Shown here piece by piece: positions 56,271-64,000 of a stretch of 64,000 nt of DNA. The stretch comes from Ylistrum balloti (Eukaryota). Location of the stretch: positions 1-64,000 of the forward strand of contig NW_026783133.1 of NCBI RefSeq assembly GCF_031769215.1. Direction: 5' to 3'. Position 1 is the stretch's first letter; the number at the start of each line of letters is the position of its first letter. The position numbers were made by a program, and so were the translations under genes. Below the pieces are notes generated by a model. That model was given only the letters and a program-made list of their open reading frames with translations, was not told the DNA's origin and did no database searches.

Positions 56271-57149
56271 TGTTATACTTATGTTTGTCTTACATTTTTT
56301 TCTCTATATATCTGTAATTATCACAAAGAATGATATTTTTTATCATCTTATTGCTAATCATACATCACCTACAAGCTCTGTTGTCATACCCATGTATAAG
56401 TTCATGGTCAATAGATAAGTAATTCGAATTAGTGTGAATGTGATTCCATTGTTGCTAACAATGTTCGTACTTAAGAACTTAACGTTGCCTGCGTGGATTG
56501 ATCACAGTATAGATAGATGGTATTGTTAATAAAGCAGCTTTAAAAACACACACCCTGTCATTTAATGTTGGTATTGTTCGGGAGTCTAAATAAAATATTG
56601 CCCTTTTTAGCAAATGTCATTCAATTTTGAGTTTGAATTTAGTAAATCACATGTAACATGATTAAAATCACGCGCGTGCTGAATTTAGTGGGGTTCTATT
56701 ATAAACATTTTATACTGTTCCATTTTTATTCTACCTAAATATTGACTATAGACTGCAAATGATGAAGCATCTAATCATTAATTGAAGAGCAAATCTGACA
56801 CACAGCTGACATATGAGAAAATGTAAAAAAATATAATTAGGCCAATTAACAAGGTTTATACACAACAGGGTAATGATTGTGGAAACAGGGTGATTATTGA
56901 TGGGATCTACTAAGCACACAACTGAGTGCCATTATCTATCAGTTGGTATTATTCACCCATTATCTACGCAATGATAGCAAAATTTATCACTTGAATTGTA
57001 TTCTTCCGTACAGTTTGGTACATATGGTCAACATTACGAGATATATAGAGTTTTCATAGTATAAACTCTTATCTCACTTTCCTCAATCATTGGAAGTTGT
57101 GGTGATCACTGACAGTTTTTTAGGCTATAGCTTCCAAATTATCTTTAGT

Positions 57150-57830
57150 AGATCATTGAGGTCAAGATCATGCTGGACCTATGTATTCCTCTGTCTAGAG
57201 CTCCGACAAAAAAGTTAATTTTCTACATATCCTTGTAACTTCTTCATTTATCTTTTTGAATGGGGTCCGAAATACGTTGACGGTTGATCAGTTTGTAACA
57301 TATGACTTTTGAAATTCAAAATGGATTTGTGTAATTTTTGTGTAATTAGGCAGCTGAAGTTAGACAATGGCCTAGGACCCTACGTAGTGACTACTGTTAA
57401 CGACGTACTATATATATATATTGTACCTATACATACCTGAATCGCTATATCTGTCGGTTGAAAACAAAGCACGGGAGGCTCACCAATTAAGAATACGTGG
57501 TCTGACAAGAATATCGAGAACAGACTTGATGAAATCTCGACCATGTTATCTACCCTCATTACAAAGAGAGACTTTGACTCCAAGATAAAGAATCTCAAGA
57601 AACGTATCAGAGTGGAAAACAGGGAGTAAGTGGATGAATTCAAAGGTTGAGCTTTTGAATTGGAAATGGAAAAAGAACATCTTCGTCAGACCATTTGTAA
57701 CTTGGAGACACAAGTCAGTGATTTACAGTATGTAAAGGAGGGCATGGATGCATGTTATAACGACTTGGAACAACACGATCGAAAGAATTCATGGTCTCAA
57801 GGACAATTCCGCATCGGAATCGGTTGAGGA
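57150..57830 (+). mobile_element. LINE ORF1 remnant, paralog
   Basis: IENRLDEISTMLSTLITKRDFDSKIKNL...ELEMEKEHLRQTICNLETQV...YNDLEQHDRKNS with two stops. It is not followed by ORF2 here. Confidence 0.68.
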
Positions 57831-58326
57831 ACGTGTGGACAAAATCGTGAACTGTGTGTCTTCATAACTTGATATTTTCGTATATTAGCGTGGACGGCAA
57901 CCTCTTTACAATTCTGAATGATGGCAGAAAACGACTTTTTTTATGGCATGACACTTATACCGATTTTATTCAGTTTGCATGTAGATATGAATGTTTCTTT
58001 GCTATGGATAGTTCGTGTTTTGTGATATATTGGACCTATAATTCTGACGTTTGGTAAGTCTATAGTATATATATCAAGGTTTTTGTTACAGTAATTCGAC
58101 GTACGCAGAGCCTGGGTATCGCATTGAATATTATGTGGAGTGTTTCCCGCTACTTCCAGAACTTTTCTCTTCTCATTTGGTACATTTTTATCGTCAGTAT
58201 CGAAAATACTATTTGACTTGAATCATTGTAAAATTGTGTCTTTTTTCAAAGTTGTTTTCAATGTGTCCGGAAAATTATTTTTCTGCCGGAACCATTAGTT
58301 ATTATGCCTCCACTTCCGGTACTTAC

Positions 58327-58370
58327 TTCCTGCTCTAGTGATCTGCGGGTATGGTCCTAGTGTAATCTAC
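58327..58370 (-). other. Candidate second antisense exon (44 nt)
   Basis: On the minus strand: atactttctcatatcag| and GAA|gtaagt. The donor is deleted in the paralog at ~29255. Confidence 0.3.
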
Positions 58371-59326
58371 CTGATATGAGAAAGTATGTATTTTGCCTGT
58401 ATTCATTATATGATGACCATGGTCAAAGTATATTTTAATTTAGCTTTCTTACTGTTTTTACTTTCTGTATCTGCTCCGTTCCTCTTTGTCTCCGGGAATG
58501 ATCATGGATCTCCATTTGAAAGAAACGACCTGACAACTACAGACGAGTATCCCGTCATGATCTCTTGTCGATGCCTCTCCACGTACGCTATCCGTCGTTC
58601 TACCGGTCTGCTTTTGTAAACGAATACCTTTACCGTTTATAGATAGACATGATGAATTCCATGTATGTACACCAGGAATCACAATAAATAGCACTTTAGG
58701 AATGTAATGCACACAGAGCAATATATTGCGCATTTTAATTTGTGCCGACCTTCATCATGACCCAAATCTATCGATAACTTAACTGGACAGTAGGCGAAAT
58801 TATGGTTGAAAAGAGAAGTTAGATTGGTCAAAAACAAGGTGAGGGACCTTTCGAATAAGATTATATATATCTTGCTCTTTGTTTAAATACGTTGATATTG
58901 CTATATTAACAACACTTTCAGACTAGTGTATATCAGAATGGGGATAGTTTCACCTTATTCAATTGCTAGAATAAAACTCTGTATTGAATAAACATAACCG
59001 TATAAACGTAAAAGCAATATTAGGGCATGTAACCTAATCCTCCATCATTTTGAAAAATGTTATTCGTGAAAAAACAAAAAAAAAAAAAAAAAAAAAAAAT
59101 CTTTATAAGTCGTGCACAAATTAACCAATTTTCCGTGACTACATATCTATGCGTTCTTTTCCATTCAAACTCGTGTGAATTTCTTATTATCAACAAAGCA
59201 TGTTGGAGACAATATTTTGCTACCAAAAACCAGTCTCATAAATATTCCACGGCTTTCCCAACTCGAAGAGGACGGGTTATTGCAATGCTAATGGGAGGTA
59301 GCACTCAATAACAGGTAGTTACTTAC

Positions 59327-59541
59327 CTCGAAATTTACAAATCGACTCTAAGTCAGTTAACTTTATGTCTCAACGGTACGGGAAGAGTTGATGATAGACC
59401 AAAAATCCGGTCATCCATCGGTATCGTTGCGATGTCAACATCGGTTGACTGGAGTTCCCAGCTTGTGTGACACGAGATTATTGACAACCGAAAAAGCACG
59501 AAATAACAATGGTAATGGAAACCTTCGAATCCTGCCATCAA
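59327..59541 (-). other. Candidate antisense exon (215 nt, no read-through frame)
   Basis: On the minus strand: branch point and acceptor ccctaatctatttctcacag| and donor GAG|gtaagt, in a locally GC-richer stretch. Confidence 0.45.
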
Positions 59542-60369
59542 CTGTGAGAAATAGATTAGGGAGGCAAATTTACGCCGATGCCGCAATTACGTTGATTTGA
59601 CATTGCCACGTTGACGTCGAATCTGCCGTGTGTGATAAGTTGACAGCACATGTGCCCAGACGTATGAGACGTTGGAGTTCCATCTTTATTATGGAATCGA
59701 GATTTCTTTTATACTAGATACACATATGTACATACGAACAAACGGAGAATTTCCCCTCCCCCGACATTCGTTGCAATCTGATAATAACAATCATTACTGA
59801 CGTTAACATTTAATTAATAATTTATCTGATATGAAATTTGGAAATACCTATAGTGTTGGTGACAAAATCATGTAAACACTGAACCAGCAGGTCCTTGACA
59901 ACGCGTTCAACATTTGTGTAGTTGGTAAAGTGATTTAATAAATTGGTGCATTTTTATCTAATTCCATATCTTGTTGAGTTATCTTTAGATTTTTTCAGCC
60001 TGTCTCTAGATATATCAATGTATTATTGATAGAAAGTTACTGTGGTATGGCTTTTTTATTCTGTTATATTTGATTCCGTCAATTTCATTTTGGGACTACG
60101 AGAAAGATAAACATATACCGTATATATTAAAATCTAGGTCGCAAGGTATTTAACTGAACAGCGTAAGGTGACGTGACGTAGTAATTTAGAAATAGGTTGT
60201 AATGGGAAAGAACCCCTATCTTCTCTCTACATTCGATTTCCTAACGAATGAATAAATTCTGTCTACTGACAATGATACCACTAAATCAAAGCACTTATGA
60301 CGATATACTTTGATGAAACGATTGTCAACTCAAATGGAGTAAGAGCGTTAAAAAATTGAACAAAAAATA

Positions 60370-61730
60370 CAAATTCAAAGATGAAGGTTGATAAAAATAA
60401 CGGAAACAGCAATAATGATCTCATCGAGAAATAGCATAGTGAAGTATGCAGCTTGATGTGCTTGATAATCGTTTGTTTCTCTGTTGGTTCTGTTTGGGTA
60501 TACTCATTTGTGAACGTAACATTACTTTCTTGGATTGAACAAGGTTTACATGGCACTTGGTATTATTGCTCTTGTAACTTTTGGGAGTCTTCTGGTAAAT
60601 CTTTCTTTTATCCATATTTGCCTCGGCTCGAAGGAAAAAGTAAGGTTATGATTTATGATACTGTATTGTAAAACAACGGATCACAATTTTAAAAAAAAAA
60701 TCAAGATAATTTCCGGTGTCAAACGGGCAAATCTGGTATCGAAGGTATGACTAGATTAAAAAAAGACATTTGCATCGATTTTTGTACAATTGGTTATTTT
60801 ATGTTATAATCAATAATCGTACTCAGATGTTTTCCAGAGTTGAATGTATTTTGTGATTGTGACATCCTAATGCCATTGCACTGTCATGGGATATATAGCA
60901 TATTACAGAGAAATAGTTTGCTTGGATCCCACGTCAAAACCGTTCATTTTCATAGATGCATTATATATCTTTTTATAAATCTATACATGAAAGTTGTAGA
61001 AACAAATGGTGATTGCATTAAAACTGCAATAGCATTTTTCTTTTCTGTTTTTGAAAAACAAATACAACTTCAACCGAAGATATAACTACTCTATCATTTA
61101 CCAACTTTTCATGTTGAAAAGAACAATTTTGCTTGTTTTGTTTAATATTTTATATCTTTTCTGTTTTAGTAATTTAGTGATCGATGCTAAATAGACGTTG
61201 ATTTATTAATTTTCGCGGAGTACGTGATAATCATACGTATTGTTTTGGCCTTAATCAGAATATAATGTTAGAATTCCAAATGCAAGGACATTCAAAACTA
61301 ATGTTATTATTATTAACAAATGATATGTTATTTAAATATTGCATCATGGAGCTTCTCTGACTTATATCGTTTACAATATATATCATTTAATGTGTTATAT
61401 ACACTTTGATAACATTGCATCATATTACATTAACATGTCTGATTAAAACCAAACAGATAAGTTAAGATAATACAGATACACAATGTATTGTGCGTTCATT
61501 TATCTGCTATTATACTTGCATTATTCGGTGCTGTATGGTATCAATATCGTTTTGTAATAAGTTTCTGATAAGTATGAATCACTCATTTCGTAGTTATAAA
61601 CACGTGTTGCAACAGTTGGAGATGAAAACTAATCTTCCATTCATTTTCTTATTCTGTCCCTCCTTATAGCTATGCTCCATCGGGGAACATAGTGTCTGGT
61701 GATATAAGCATAATGCAAAATATCAACCAA
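60370..61730 (+). repeat. Third, older paralogous unit preceding exon 3
   Basis: Homologous to 26350-27810 and 55400-56010. It shares the spurious MPCKP ORF. Confidence 0.85.
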
Positions 61731-62357
61731 CTGAAGGGTCTTAAATACCATGACGCCCCCTTTATTAAATGGAATATATATATATAGTGAGAACTATGTT
61801 AACATTTCTATTACGTGTTATGAATAATATTGATATAGCTAAACACGCACAGATAGACATGTCATAGTAGTTTAGAATGAGAATTATGGAGACTTTCTGA
61901 CTTATAGATTGAATAACGGAACTGATTTATACCCGAAATAGTATGCTCTATATCGATATAAAAGTAGCCATGATTTAACTCGGGGTTTAGCCTAAAACTG
62001 TGGAAGAAGAGAAAAATTTGATTTTAAGTTCCTCGCATACATTGTACATTTGATGCTTGCGCCCATCGCATACAGAATTCACTTTTCGATTGGGGATGCA
62101 TTTATTTTATAATCTTATCATAATGAACTGATATAAAAATCAGGATTTCACTGAAGTCAACCATGTAGCCCAACAACACAATCTGTATACTTAATTAGTT
62201 AAATTTATTAGTAAATCCTTTTCCCGTTCTCATATTATACAGAATTACATTTTGAATTATTTCATGTTGATCATCTTTTTCAACATTATTAAACTTGTAA
62301 TGGTATGGAGATTGCCAGCCGTTATGTTGTTAATTAACGATTGCCTTTTCGTTCCAG

Positions 62358-62441
62358 TCTGAAGCTTTAGCAAAAGCAGCAAGAAAAGGACATTTAGAAA
62401 TTGTGAAGTTACTGCTCGACCGAGAGGCAAACCCAAACACG
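62358..62441 (+). CDS. Ankyrin-repeat internal exon 3 (84 nt, phase 0): SEALAKAARKGHLEIVKLLLDREANPNT
   Basis: Acceptor ccttttcgttccag| and donor ACG|gtgagt. Same length, phase and register as exons 1 and 2, with a clear ANK consensus. Not in the ORF track. Confidence 0.9.
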
Positions 62442-63435
62442 GTGAGTATATGTTCATAGATTTGACTTTAAGATGGTGATTGGTTTTGATATTGATCATG
62501 CACCCAACAATCATACATGTAATATATGTAATACGAGCAATGAAGATTTTCATGTCATCATCCACTTGTGTAACATAAAACACCTAATGTATAAATATGA
62601 AACCTTGGTTATATAAACCCACACATTTTTCTTTATTGTTATTATTGCCACCATTCTATCATTTGCTACAAAAACATGCATCGTTCGTCCACAATATATA
62701 TCATATTTTCAGCACATTGGATGTTCGCACGGTATTCCCTGCTGTTTGTGTATCAAGAACCTGTATCGAAACTCTTTTACTATATGAAAAACGCTTCACA
62801 AAACATATCCAATACACAAAGATTTATATCTGTGTTTGGCTGAGAGCCTTTGATATTTATCAAAATTCTGATGATGATTTTTACAAATTCGTCTGAATTA
62901 CAAAACAAATATAATAGTTACTTTATCACAGTTTCTAACAAATCGTATTTGATTAGAGGAATTTCATAGTACGATAAACAGTTCAAACTTTGCAAATGAA
63001 TGTGAATAATCGATATTCTAAAAAGATTATACCAAATCTAACAGAACACTTACTTTCAAAGTGTACGTCCATTACACGTAAGTCCACAACGGGTACTGAC
63101 AAAACCGCCCAAGACAAGGATACAAGTGCGTTCTGACCGATGGAACAAACCTATCCACATAAACAATTTTACATACCTGACGAAATAAAAACCATATCCT
63201 AGGGCATCAACGTCACGAAACATACCTTACGAGCACAAACACACACATGTAAACGTGACATCACAGCAAGGGACATAATACACATGTGCGTGATTTTTAC
63301 ACAAGCATTCGAGTACATTTAGATAAAATAAAGAATGTTACCCTGCTACATTATCTACCGTTTAGTAAAATGTCGTTCACTACCAATCTGAAACAGATTA
63401 CATGGAGGTTATTCTGAAATTAAACTGATAAGATT

Positions 63436-63580
63436 CCTTGGATTCAGCAGGACGTGTTAAATATCCAAGTACACGGTAGTCTTATTTTTATTATTATTAC
63501 AGTTTCTGGTTATTAAAAAAAGTGGTATAATCATTATATTTCGCATTTTTTTCCTCCGATGACATGAAGGCTGACACATG
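63436..63580 (+). repeat. Fragment of the intron module at 6068-6210
   Basis: ttcagcaggacgtgttaaatat...gatgacatgaaggctgacacat is shared. Confidence 0.85.
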
Positions 63581-64000
63581 TAAAAACCAATGTGTCTCCT
63601 ATGATATTGGAATGTTGGCGTAAACGAGGCTTTTTTAAATGATCTACAGTAACAAACGTGCTAAAGGAAAAAAAACCTTAACAAGACTATAATAAATTGA
63701 TGAAAATACCTATTGTAATAATTGATCCTTATCATTTTTCATTCGAACTTTGTTGATATGGATAAGGAATAGTTGATATTATAGTTCGTATGTTATCGGT
63801 ATGTTTCTGTAGGTGTCAATGTCACATTTCAGCATGTCAACAATCCAATATTGCCGTATCAAGTCTTATGTCATAAACATGAAAAGAGAGCCCACTATAC
63901 GTCATACAAAATATATCAAATAAAATGTTTGCTGTCACCTGTTCCATTACATAATGTCAATTAGAAGAATGTGATGTCTTTCAATTTTTACACTTAGCAT

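Larger units (their letters stand above)
44845..58500 (+). repeat. Large duplication, copy 2, more diverged block
   Basis: Paralog of 11883-29400. It lacks 13284-20724, has a solo LTR, and retains 55770-56610, which copy 1 lacks. Confidence 0.9.

Noticed and set aside
1-64000. rRNA, tRNA or prokaryotic operons
   Set aside because: No cloverleaf, rRNA-like or gene-dense signal was seen by eye. A tRNAscan-SE/Infernal run would be needed to exclude degenerate RNAs.

Overview
AT-rich eukaryotic (metazoan, probably invertebrate; inference) genomic DNA. It is mostly intron of one plus-strand ankyrin-repeat gene, of which only internal exons are visible. There are three intact 84-nt, phase-0 ankyrin exons (1645-1728, 34338-34421, 62358-62441) and one dead in-register exon (56187-56270); the last two are not in the ORF track. 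The introns are built from nested tandem duplications. A ~32.7-kb-offset duplication has a near-identical first block (1-11882 vs 32696-44426) and a clearly more diverged second block, and older duplicated modules recur within it, several having lost their exon. Mobile DNA comprises an internally deleted DIRS/Ngaro-like tyrosine-recombinase retroelement carrying a palindromic 64-bp minisatellite (two copies), a solo LTR with a 4-bp TSD and a visible empty site, and a decayed L1/Tx1-type LINE. Each large copy carries its own inversion in the same ~3-kb zone. The most interesting signal is birth, death and apparent amino-acid diversification of symmetric 28-codon ankyrin cassettes. These lack the 5-residue beta-hairpin linker, which implies hidden microexons or shortened repeats. 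Most ORF-track entries are spurious. No rRNA, tRNA or CRISPR array is supported. Identity values are by-eye estimates, not computed.
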